Positions 56,510 to 64,000 of a stretch of DNA of 64,000 bases are shown here, one piece after another. Position numbers and translations under genes: made by a program. Each line of letters begins with the position of its first letter. The stretch's first letter is position 1. The DNA lies in the NCBI GenBank assembly GCA_047602425.1, contig JASGHG010000001.1, positions 2,592,001 to 2,656,000 on the forward strand, read 5' to 3'. The notes under the pieces were generated by a model. It did not search any database, was not told where the DNA came from, and worked only from the letters and a program-made list of their open reading frames with translations. The DNA is from Nibricoccus sp. (GTDB lineage: Bacteria > Verrucomicrobiota > Verrucomicrobiia > Opitutales > Opitutaceae).

Positions 56510-57928
56510 TCAGGATTTTCGGTCGGGCACGTCGAGTACGACTATATCCAGGCTTTTGCCATCGGTAAGAAATCCCGATTGAATGGCGATGCGGCGGCTG
56601 TCGGGACGGAAGATCGGATGCGTGTGGTCGGGCCGCATTTTGTGGCCGGTGGTGAGGAGGAGGCGCTCGCCGTTGGTTCGGTCGATGAGATAAACATTGC
56701 CGAGAAAGGTATCGCCCACCGACCAGCGTCCATCGGGCGAACCGTTGCAGTGCCAAAAGCCGCCGGTGCCCCGGCCAGGCATGGATTCCTCGACCTGGCC
56801 TAGGAGCTTCATTTGGTTAGTGCGCAGATTGATCACGGCAATTCCGGTCGGATGTTCGCGCAGGTAAGGCAGGTGACCCATGATGTTGAACATCACTTCG
56901 TCCTTGGTCGCGACGGTTTCGTGGGTGATCCACTCGTCGGGCGTTTCGGCGTAGAGCGGGCGATTGCCGGAGCCATCGCTGCGGACGACCCACATGCGTT
57001 GCGGTCCGTCGCCGGTGGTTTCGTGGCAATAAATAATTTCTCCGGGCTCCCAGGGATTGGTTTGCACGTGGCCCATGCGAAAATCGACGTCGATCACGGT
57101 TTTGATTTCGCCAGTGGCGAGGTCGATGCTGCGGATGCCGCCGGGGCCTTTGCCTTGTTCGGCGAAACGCTTGCGGGATGCCTCACGAGACTGGTTTGGG
57201 TCCATGTTTTGATCGTCGATCTGCCGGCGGGCGGGCGGTTCGCCGGAGACACGACTGGCATCGGTTTCGGCGTTTTCGGCAGCCTGGCGTGGAGGTCTGG
57301 GTGGACGGGGTGGTTGCGGTCCCCAAGAAACGCCCCAGTAGGCTTTGGTTTCGTCGGCATCGAGGGCGAAACCGCCGGCGTCACGCAAATCGGCGGGAAG
57401 GGTGCAGATGACGCGTTCGTAGGCCGAGGCGTCTTTCGGGGTGCCGGCGAGGGCATCGGCGATGAGCGGATCGAGATTTATCTCTACGAGCTGTTTCGGG
57501 GTCGTAGCAGGCTCAAGCTCCTGTTTTTCGGGATTCCACCACGGACCGCCGCGCATCAGGTAAAGTTTATTGGTCTTGCGCGAAAGATTGAGACTGCCCG
57601 TGCCGGAAGCGGAGCCGTCGGTCAGTTGAACGATGTCGCCGGTTTGTTCGCTGACGACGTAGGCCTGCGAAGTTCCGCTGCGGGTTGAGCGGAAAATGAT
57701 CCATTTGCCATCGGCGGTCCATGTGGTGTGCGTTTGATAGGGCTTGGAATCGTTGGCCGGATCGGTGGTGAGGAAAGTCAGGGTGAGACCGGTGACTTTG
57801 TCGATGACGACGCGTTTTTCGGAGGGAAGGCGGCGACCAACGTCGGAGGCTCGAAGTGGCAGCCAGAACAGAGCCGGCAGCGCGAAGAGAATGAGGAGAC
57901 GGGGAAAGGCAACGTGACGACAAACCAT
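56510..57928 (-). CDS. Oligogalacturonate lyase-like (PL22-like) beta-propeller, exported
   Basis: Signal peptide; D.VTG...LT, GHVQTNP, YCHET, QRMW, THE, WHCNGSPDG, HTHPIF. Confidence 0.8.
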   Translation of the reverse strand: MVCRHVAFPRLLILFALPALFWLPLRASDVGRRLPSEKRVVIDKVTGLTLTFLTTDPANDSKPYQTHTTWTADGKWIIFRSTRSGTSQAYVVSEQTGDIVQLTDGSASGTGSLNLSRKTNKLYLMRGGPWWNPEKQELEPATTPKQLVEINLDPLIADALAGTPKDASAYERVICTLPADLRDAGGFALDADETKAYWGVSWGPQPPRPPRPPRQAAENAETDASRVSGEPPARRQIDDQNMDPNQSREASRKRFAEQGKGPGGIRSIDLATGEIKTVIDVDFRMGHVQTNPWEPGEIIYCHETTGDGPQRMWVVRSDGSGNRPLYAETPDEWITHETVATKDEVMFNIMGHLPYLREHPTGIAVINLRTNQMKLLGQVEESMPGRGTGGFWHCNGSPDGRWSVGDTFLGNVYLIDRTNGERLLLTTGHKMRPDHTHPIFRPDSRRIAIQSGFLTDGKSLDIVVLDVPDRKS

Positions 57929-58036
57929 GAGGGAAATATATTTCAGGTGAGGAAAGACGCCAAGCCTCGGCATGGGTTTCGCGTGGAACAGTCAGAGTGA
58001 CCCGCCCGACTGGCGTGCGCGCATCGATCGGTTTGT

Positions 58037-58078
58037 TTGATGCGAGTCAAAGACCTCCCGCTGAGGATCTGCTAACCT
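58037..58078 (+). promoter_or_regulatory. FNR/Crp box plus extended -10 (class II, leaderless promoter of yecH)
   Basis: TTGAT-GCGA-GTCAA centred 41.5 nt upstream of ATG 58085; TGCTAACCT ends at 58078. Confidence 0.68.
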
Positions 58079-58084
58079 GTCTCC

Positions 58085-58345
58085 ATGATGAACACCTCAA
58101 TCCACGGTCACGAAGTTATCCAGATGATGGTCGAAGCCGGCCATCCCTTCACCTTTGCCTCGCTGCGTGAGGCGATCGTGGCGCGCTTCGGAGCCGAGGC
58201 GCGGTTTCATACCTGCTCGGCGGATGGGTTAACGCCCGAAGGTTTGATCGAATTTCTCGGAGCGCGGGGCAAACTGGCTCCGGTCGAAGGCGGATTCGTT
58301 TTTGGTGCCGGTACGCCCTGTGGGCACGACGATCATTCGCACTGA
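58085..58345 (+). CDS. yecH: YecH-family (DUF2492) putative metal-binding protein
   Basis: SIHGHEVIQMM...FG.EARFHTCSA.G...LIEFL..RGK...CGH. Confidence 0.9.
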   Translation: MMNTSIHGHEVIQMMVEAGHPFTFASLREAIVARFGAEARFHTCSADGLTPEGLIEFLGARGKLAPVEGGFVFGAGTPCGHDDHSH

Positions 58346-58715
58346 GCGAGATGCGGGAGTTTTTGAGGAGATTTTGTGCGTGCGATGGATTTGCACGTAC
58401 GAAAGTGTGCGTTTTCTAGATCCCATGTAGCGCGGAAAATGCGCGCTGCATGGCAACTGGTTATATAAATTTTTAACGCGGCGGGGGAAATCCCCTAGCG
58501 GACTATTTGCGGCAATTTTAGCACTGCGGAGCGTGAAATATCCGGTGTAGACCGTACTTTTATGTAGGGGAATCCCTGAAGATGGCCCTCTTGGGTGCAA
58601 TGGAATTGCGTGGCGGGACGCTTCGGATAACTTTTCTGAAACGTTCACCAATTTATTACGTAATTAGTATTGGTGTGAGCCTCATTGAGGTCAGCCCGAC
58701 TAAAACTACAACCGG

Positions 58716-60464
58716 ATGCCATCTACCCGCCATCTCCGCTTTCCCACTCAAGCCGCTTTTGCGGTATGTGCGGTTGCTGCGATGATTTGGGCCAACCGGA
58801 ACGAGGTTACCCCGACAACAAGTAGTGCACGCCATGCGGTGGCGCGCCCCGTCACATTGGCAGGGAAGCGCGGAAATGTGGCAGCCGCGGCGGCGGCCCA
58901 ACCGGCGCTTCATTCGCAAGCCTTCGCGCCCACGCAGGTCGCGCCGACAAAGGTTACAGCCTCGGTCAGCCAAATTTTGCCGGAGCTTGCGCAGGAAATT
59001 TCCGATTGGCGTGCTTACCGGCCGCAGAAACTCACCATCGCGCCGCACGCCGATTTGGCGATGGATTTTGAAATGACCGCGGTACGCCAGGAAAACGGTC
59101 GCACGATCTGGCAGGGCCGCAACGCATTGACGGGCGCCTTCCTCGTTACCGTTGCGACGGAAAATGACTGGCACGCGATCCTGGAGATTCCCGCGGCTAG
59201 CAGTTTTGAATTTCACATTACCGGTCAGACCGCGTCGGTGACGGAAAAATACGAAATTGGCGCTTGCGGCGCGCACCGACATTTGGGCAGTGCCGATCTT
59301 GCTCAACACACGGTGGTGCTCTCGCCAGATCCGAATTCCGTTTCCGCGGGCACTGATGGCCCTCCAAACGGTGCGGTGGCGAACGTCGACGTCCTCTTCT
59401 TTTTCGACGAGGCCACTTTTGCGGCAAATGGACGCAACTACGCAGCGATCGAAACAGCGATTGAGGCCCGTGTGGAATCAGCCAACTTGGTTTTGGAAAA
59501 CAGCCGCGTGAAGAATTTTCGCTGGCACTATGTTGCGGCGTATCAGGTGCCCGAATACACCGCGACCGGAAAGCTCAAGGACGATTTGAACGCCGTCACC
59601 TTCACGGATAACCCCGCGGGCCAGTTCGTGAACGACAAATGCGCCCTGCACGGAGTTGACCAAGCGGTGGTATTTGTGTCGGGCGCCCGCGATTACGCGG
59701 GTATTGCCTGGGTGCCAAGCGGTGACGATTCGCTTGCGCACAACGCAGCGGTGATTTGGGACAGCAACTACACAGTGCTCGCGCATGAACTCGCGCACAA
59801 TTTTGGCTGTCATCACGACCGCTCCACGGAAAATGCACCCTCGGACGACGGGAAACCTTCTTATGGCTTCCGTTTCGATCTGAACGGCGCCGACACGGGC
59901 ACCGTCATGTCTTATGCGCCGAACCGCGTGCCATATTTTAGCAATCCCGACGTGAGTTATCATGACATCAAGCTGGGTGTGGCCGAAGGCCAGCCTGGCG
60001 CGGCGGACAACGCCCACATTCTCGCTGAAAAAGCCGATATGATGACGGCGCACCGTGAGCTGAGCTCATTGCCCATCATCATCATGCAACCTCAGTCCAC
60101 GACGGTGGTGCGCGGCGCAAGCCTCAATCTCTCCGTTTCCGCTGCGGGCGAAGGCCTCGCTTATCAGTGGCGCAAGAACGGCCAGGCCATCGGTGGTGCG
60201 ACCAATGCCGTGTACTCGAAATCCAGCACGGGCGACGAGGATATTGGTTCTTACGATGTGATCGTTGCCAACGATGCCGGCAGCGCCGCCAGCCGGACTG
60301 CAGCCGTGGCAGTGACAACTCCTTCGACGCAAGTCTCAGTTTCGGCCCAAACCAACAGTCAGGGGCAATCTGGCGATGGTGGCGGCGGTGCCCCAAGCGA
60401 TTGGTTCCTCGCCGCGTTGGCGATACTGGGTGTTGTGCGCGTCCTTCGCCGCCTGACGGCGTAA
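58716..60464 (+). CDS. Reprolysin/M12B-like zinc metalloprotease with Ig domain and GlyGly-CTERM-like tail
   Basis: CG cysteine-switch-like motif, HELAHNFGCHH, Met-turn TVMSY, QP.S....G....LSV.A.G..L.YQWRKNG Ig domain, GGGGAPSDWFL + TM + RR. Confidence 0.88.
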   Translation: MPSTRHLRFPTQAAFAVCAVAAMIWANRNEVTPTTSSARHAVARPVTLAGKRGNVAAAAAAQPALHSQAFAPTQVAPTKVTASVSQILPELAQEISDWRAYRPQKLTIAPHADLAMDFEMTAVRQENGRTIWQGRNALTGAFLVTVATENDWHAILEIPAASSFEFHITGQTASVTEKYEIGACGAHRHLGSADLAQHTVVLSPDPNSVSAGTDGPPNGAVANVDVLFFFDEATFAANGRNYAAIETAIEARVESANLVLENSRVKNFRWHYVAAYQVPEYTATGKLKDDLNAVTFTDNPAGQFVNDKCALHGVDQAVVFVSGARDYAGIAWVPSGDDSLAHNAAVIWDSNYTVLAHELAHNFGCHHDRSTENAPSDDGKPSYGFRFDLNGADTGTVMSYAPNRVPYFSNPDVSYHDIKLGVAEGQPGAADNAHILAEKADMMTAHRELSSLPIIIMQPQSTTVVRGASLNLSVSAAGEGLAYQWRKNGQAIGGATNAVYSKSSTGDEDIGSYDVIVANDAGSAASRTAAVAVTTPSTQVSVSAQTNSQGQSGDGGGGAPSDWFLAALAILGVVRVLRRLTA

Positions 60465-60489
60465 TTTGGAGCAACCTCGCGGTTGGCTT

Positions 60490-61182
60490 TTATTCACGTT
60501 GGCCAAATAAGGCCGTGCCCACGCGAACCTGCGTGCTGCCGGCAGCCACAGCAGCTGCTAGGTCGCCCGTCATGCCCATCGAAAGCTCGCGCAAAGGCGT
60601 GCCGAAGCGAGAGGCTAGTTGATCACGCAATTCGCGGAGCGTGGCGAAGGTGCGTTGCGCCACCGTTGGATCGCTCGAAAGTGGTGCAATGGTCATAAGT
60701 CCGTCTACGCGCAGGTTTTTACAGGCCAGAGCCGCCTCGAGAAGTGCCGGTGCATCCTCGATCTCCGCGCCGAATTTCGCTGGATCGCGGCCGGCGTTGA
60801 TCTGGAGCAGCACCGCCAAGGTCTTGCCGCATTCTTCGGCGGCACGATTTAATAAATTCACTAGCTTCTGGCTATCTACGCTTTGCACGCGATCAAAGTG
60901 TTCGGCGGCGAGCTTGGCCTTATTGGATTGCAGGTGGCCAATAAGTTCCCACCGGAGGTCAGCCGGGCTTAATGGTTTCTTATCAACGGCTTCCTGAACC
61001 CGATTTTCGCCCACCGCCTTTAGCCCAAAACGCGCGGCATATTCGGCGGCCTCCGCCGGATGTGTCTTAGTGACAGCAAGTAGCTCAACATCCGCCGCAG
61101 AACGGCCGGAACTTACGCAAGCTTCGGCGATCTGTTCGAGAACGCGTTCGGTGTTGGCTTTGAATTCATTAAATGAAATCAT
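60490..61182 (-). CDS. yggS: PLP homeostasis protein YggS
   Basis: LLAVTKT, GENRVQE, IGHLQSNK, GLMTI, LSMGMT.D, VRVGTALFG. Confidence 0.96.
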   Translation of the reverse strand: MISFNEFKANTERVLEQIAEACVSSGRSAADVELLAVTKTHPAEAAEYAARFGLKAVGENRVQEAVDKKPLSPADLRWELIGHLQSNKAKLAAEHFDRVQSVDSQKLVNLLNRAAEECGKTLAVLLQINAGRDPAKFGAEIEDAPALLEAALACKNLRVDGLMTIAPLSSDPTVAQRTFATLRELRDQLASRFGTPLRELSMGMTGDLAAAVAAGSTQVRVGTALFGQRE

Positions 61183-61183
61183 G

Positions 61184-61202
61184 ATTAAACAGTCTGTTTA
61201 AT
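61184..61202. promoter_or_regulatory. Perfect palindromic operator candidate
   Basis: ATTAAACAG-T-CTGTTTAAT, 1 nt from the yggS start codon. Confidence 0.6.
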
Positions 61203-61215
61203 AGATTGCACACGG

Positions 61216-61230
61216 ATAAGTGATGTTTAT
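61216..61230. promoter_or_regulatory. LysR T-N11-A box
   Basis: ATAA-GTGATGT-TTAT between TTGCAC (-35-like) and TATACA (-10-like) upstream of the LysR gene. Confidence 0.55.
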
Positions 61231-61254
61231 ACAGGGCTGCGAATTTACTGAATC

Positions 61255-62157
61255 ATGCAAATCGAAAACTTCAAAATCTTCGCAGATCTTGTCGAGACGA
61301 AGAGCTTCTCGAAGTCGGCAAAAATCAATGGCATCACGCAGTCGGCTGTAAGTCAGCAGGCCCGCGCGATGGAACGTCATTTCAAGACGCTCCTGATCGA
61401 CCGCAGCCAGAAGCAATTTCAGCTCACGCGCGAAGGGCAGCGCGTGTACGACGCTTCCAAGGAGATGCTGCATCAGTATGAAAAACTCCTGAGCGAATTG
61501 CAGGAGATGAAGAAGGTGATCAGTGGCACGATTCGCATTTCGACGATTTACTCGATCGGCCTTCACGAATTGCCGCCTTACATCAAACGCTTCCTCCAGG
61601 ATTTCCCCTCCGTCAACGTGCGGGTTGAGTACCGCCGGTCGAATCTTGTGTACGAGGACATTCTTCACAACTCCGTCGACTTCGGCTTGGTCGCTTTTCC
61701 GGTCAAAGTGCGCCAGATTGAGGCCGTGCCATTCCGCAACGACCGCCTCGTTCTCATCACGCATCCTTCGCATCCGCTCGGACAGAAAAAAGAAGCCGAC
61801 CTCAAGGATCTCACCGGCCAGCGTTTCATCGGCTTCGACCCCGACATCCCAACGCGCAAAGCCGTCGACCAGATTTTCCGCGACCATAAGATCGAAATCG
61901 AACCTGTGATGGAGTTCGACAACATCGAGACCGTCAAACGCGCCGTCGAAATCGATCATGGCGTCGCCATCGTGCCGCACGCAACCGTTCAACAGGAGGA
62001 AAAAGTAGGCTCCCTCGCGGTGATTCCTTTCCACGGCAAGGAATTCTCCCGCCCGCTCGCCATCCTTCACCGGAAGGGGCGCGTGCTGACGCCGGCGATG
62101 AAAAAGTTTATCGACGTGCTGAGCATGGATCTGGCGGCCAAGCCGCAAACAACCTAA
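61255..62157 (+). CDS. LysR-family transcriptional regulator
   Basis: SFSKSA....TQSAVSQQ HTH, LTREG, GTIRI, substrate-binding domain; 300 aa. Confidence 0.95.
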   Translation: MQIENFKIFADLVETKSFSKSAKINGITQSAVSQQARAMERHFKTLLIDRSQKQFQLTREGQRVYDASKEMLHQYEKLLSELQEMKKVISGTIRISTIYSIGLHELPPYIKRFLQDFPSVNVRVEYRRSNLVYEDILHNSVDFGLVAFPVKVRQIEAVPFRNDRLVLITHPSHPLGQKKEADLKDLTGQRFIGFDPDIPTRKAVDQIFRDHKIEIEPVMEFDNIETVKRAVEIDHGVAIVPHATVQQEEKVGSLAVIPFHGKEFSRPLAILHRKGRVLTPAMKKFIDVLSMDLAAKPQTT

Positions 62158-62247
62158 AGCATTGCGCACGCCCTCGCCGATCAAGGTACTACCCCTAAAC
62201 GGGGTGTTGCCATGACGGCCGGTTCCTCTTTGAAGTAGATTTCGTTC

Positions 62248-63738
62248 ATGGTTCACAATCTGGTACTTGTCCTTTATAGCATAACGCTGGTCGGTCTGGC
62301 CTGCTTCGCATTGCATCGTGTGAAAATGCTGGGCATGTACCTGTGGGCCGCGCGCAAAAGGCCGCCGCAGGCCACGCTGCCACCGGGGCCGGTTCCGCTG
62401 GTTTGTGTGCAATGCCCGCTTTTTAACGAGCCGCTGGTGGTCGAGGCTTTGCTTGAAAAAGTCACCGCGCTGCGCTGGCCCGCCGGACGTCTGGAAATCC
62501 AGATTCTCGACGACTCAAACGACGAGACGCCGGAGATCATCGAGCGCTGGCTGCAAACGCATGCGGATCGCGCAGCGAACGTGAAACACATTAGGCGAAC
62601 CAATCGCAAGGGCTACAAGGCCGGCGCGCTGGCCTACGGCAACACGCAGACGGCAGCGGAGTTTTTCGCGATCTTCGACGCCGATTTCCGTCCCGAGCCC
62701 GATTTCCTCGAAAAATTGCTGCCGCATTTCTCGAATCCCAAGGTCGGCGTCGTGCAGGCGCGCTGGGAGTTTGTGAACCGTCGTTCCAGTCTGCTGACGC
62801 GCTTTCAAGGCATCTTTCTCGACGCCCATTTCGTCGTCGAACAGGCCGCGCGTTATGGCAACAACCTGTTTTTGAATTTTAACGGTACCGCGGGCGTCTG
62901 GCGTCGTTCGGCCATGGAAGATGCTGGTGGTTGGTCGGCTGACACCGTGACCGAAGATCTCGATTTGAGTTACCGTGCCCAACGCCGTGGTTGGAAATTC
63001 GTTTACCTCGAACATTACACCGTTCCCTCCGAACTTCCGGAAAACCTCACGGCCTTTAAATCGCAGCAACACCGTTGGACGAAGGGTGGCGTGCAAGTCG
63101 CCCGGAAGCAGTTGCGCGATATTCTCCGCAGCGATCTGCCGGGTCCGGTAAAGCGCGAGTCGGTTGCTCATCTCGGCATCGGTTTTGTGCATCCGTTGCT
63201 CGTGACCTTCTCGATTCTTTTTGTGCCGTACCTCTACATCATCGGTGCACATCCGAGCGGCGTCTGGCATTTTCTCAATCCGCTCTCCGTGCTGCTCGCG
63301 GGCGGCACGACCGTGATGTTTTATATCGTCGGCCAATACTTTTTAAACCGCCAATGGCGCGAAGGATTGATCATGTTTGTGAGCAGTCCCTTGTTGCTGG
63401 CGTTTGGTTTGGCCATGAGCGTGACTTGTTGTGTGGCGACAATCGAAGGAATGGTTTCGCTGGGCGGCGAGTTCGTGCGCACCCCGAAAGGCGGACGCGC
63501 GGTCACGGTTGGCGGTTTGGTGGCGCGCTTGCGAAGCCGCACGATGTTCACTGCGATCATGGTGATCGAAGCCGCTATTGGCACGCTGATGCTGGTGGGC
63601 GCGCTTTATTTTCATCGCATCGAAATGACGCAAGTCACCACGGTGCTGGCGGTGAAAGCGGCGGGATTTCTCGGCATGGCGGCGCTGTCCGCTCCCGACC
63701 TTTTGCCGAAGTTTGGTGCCCGTACAGGGGCGGCCTGA
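62248..63738 (+). CDS. Processive GT2 glycosyltransferase (cellulose-synthase-like)
   Basis: DDS, KAGAL, FDADF, TEDLD, QQHRW; N- and C-terminal TMs. Confidence 0.92.
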   Translation: MVHNLVLVLYSITLVGLACFALHRVKMLGMYLWAARKRPPQATLPPGPVPLVCVQCPLFNEPLVVEALLEKVTALRWPAGRLEIQILDDSNDETPEIIERWLQTHADRAANVKHIRRTNRKGYKAGALAYGNTQTAAEFFAIFDADFRPEPDFLEKLLPHFSNPKVGVVQARWEFVNRRSSLLTRFQGIFLDAHFVVEQAARYGNNLFLNFNGTAGVWRRSAMEDAGGWSADTVTEDLDLSYRAQRRGWKFVYLEHYTVPSELPENLTAFKSQQHRWTKGGVQVARKQLRDILRSDLPGPVKRESVAHLGIGFVHPLLVTFSILFVPYLYIIGAHPSGVWHFLNPLSVLLAGGTTVMFYIVGQYFLNRQWREGLIMFVSSPLLLAFGLAMSVTCCVATIEGMVSLGGEFVRTPKGGRAVTVGGLVARLRSRTMFTAIMVIEAAIGTLMLVGALYFHRIEMTQVTTVLAVKAAGFLGMAALSAPDLLPKFGARTGAA

Positions 63739-63824
63739 GTTTTTCGGCGCTTTTGGCGGGAAATATCAGAAGGGCGATTCCCCCGAGCGGGCGCGCCAAG
63801 ATGTCAGATAGCGGGATAAAATTT

Positions 63825-63875
63825 AGAAAACAGAAGGGCCCGCCGATAACCCCTTAACGGCGGGCCCATTATTTT
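63825..63875. terminator. Bidirectional intrinsic terminator
   Basis: GGGCCCGCCG (63836-63845) / CGGCGGGCCC (63858-63867), with T-rich tails on both strands. Confidence 0.78.
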
Positions 63876-63934
63876 CTAGTTGTCCGTTAAACGGACTTCC
63901 ATGTTACCCCAAGTCCCCTGATTGATCAGAGGAT
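63825..63934 (-). ncRNA. Candidate sigma54-dependent sRNA (~110 nt)
   Basis: Predicted +1 at 63934; hairpins TCCTCTGA/TCAGGGGA and GTCCGT/ACGGAC; A-rich spacer; terminator. Confidence 0.5.
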
Positions 63935-63945
63935 GGTTTAACTTA

Positions 63946-63961
63946 GCATTGCCCGTGCCAA
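63946..63961 (-). promoter_or_regulatory. Sigma54 (-24/-12) promoter
   Basis: Minus strand TTGGCACGGGCAATGC(T): GG/GC spacing correct, one mismatch to TTGC. Confidence 0.62.
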
Positions 63962-64000
63962 CGGAGCAGGGTGGTCAAGAATGGCCAAGTTTGGCCAGGG

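Noticed and set aside
58346..58715. Possible riboswitch in the AT-richer region before the metalloprotease (GGGGAAATCCCC, GGGGAATCCC hairpins)
   Set aside because: No recognisable aptamer consensus or terminator
62155..62183. Sigma28-like TAAAG...GCCGATCA upstream of the GT2 gene
   Set aside because: TAAA-to-GCCG spacing is 17 nt, longer than the 15-16 nt at the other sites, and TAA is the LysR stop codon

Overview
High-GC bacterial window with gene content typical of Verrucomicrobiota/Opitutaceae (inference). It carries a Firmicutes-order flagellar operon (fliE-F-G-H-I-J, MotE/YlxF-like, fliK, flgD, flgE, fliL-M-N-O-P-Q-R) and a TonB-dependent receptor with a GC-poorer body. These are followed by korAB, M32 peptidase, tatD, purT, a beta-propeller hybrid kinase, a CE15-GH28 fusion and cheW/cheA/HDOD. 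Further on are a DUF1549/1553-DUF1501-PPC module, cinA, uvrC, a frameshifted DUF4140/4139 gene, uronate/pectin genes (GH3, uxaC, PL22-like), two secreted proteins with GlyGly-CTERM-like tails, yggS, a LysR regulator and a GT2. The most interesting signal is non-coding and points to a candidate flagellar regulatory layer. Its parts are: (1) a sigma28 promoter driving an ~83-nt terminator-bounded candidate sRNA at 38106-38188; (2) a sigma54 promoter driving an ~110-nt candidate sRNA on the minus strand at 63825-63934; (3) a consensus sigma54 promoter inside fliK followed by an in-frame ATG; (4) two AAGGAA-loop (CsrA-like) hairpins in the fliK leader; (5) sigma28 promoters on cheW, cheA and the hybrid kinase. 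Intergenic heptamer/nonamer palindromes and REP/REPIN elements are also present. No rRNA, tRNA, CRISPR array or transposase was seen. All calls were made by eye, without database searches.
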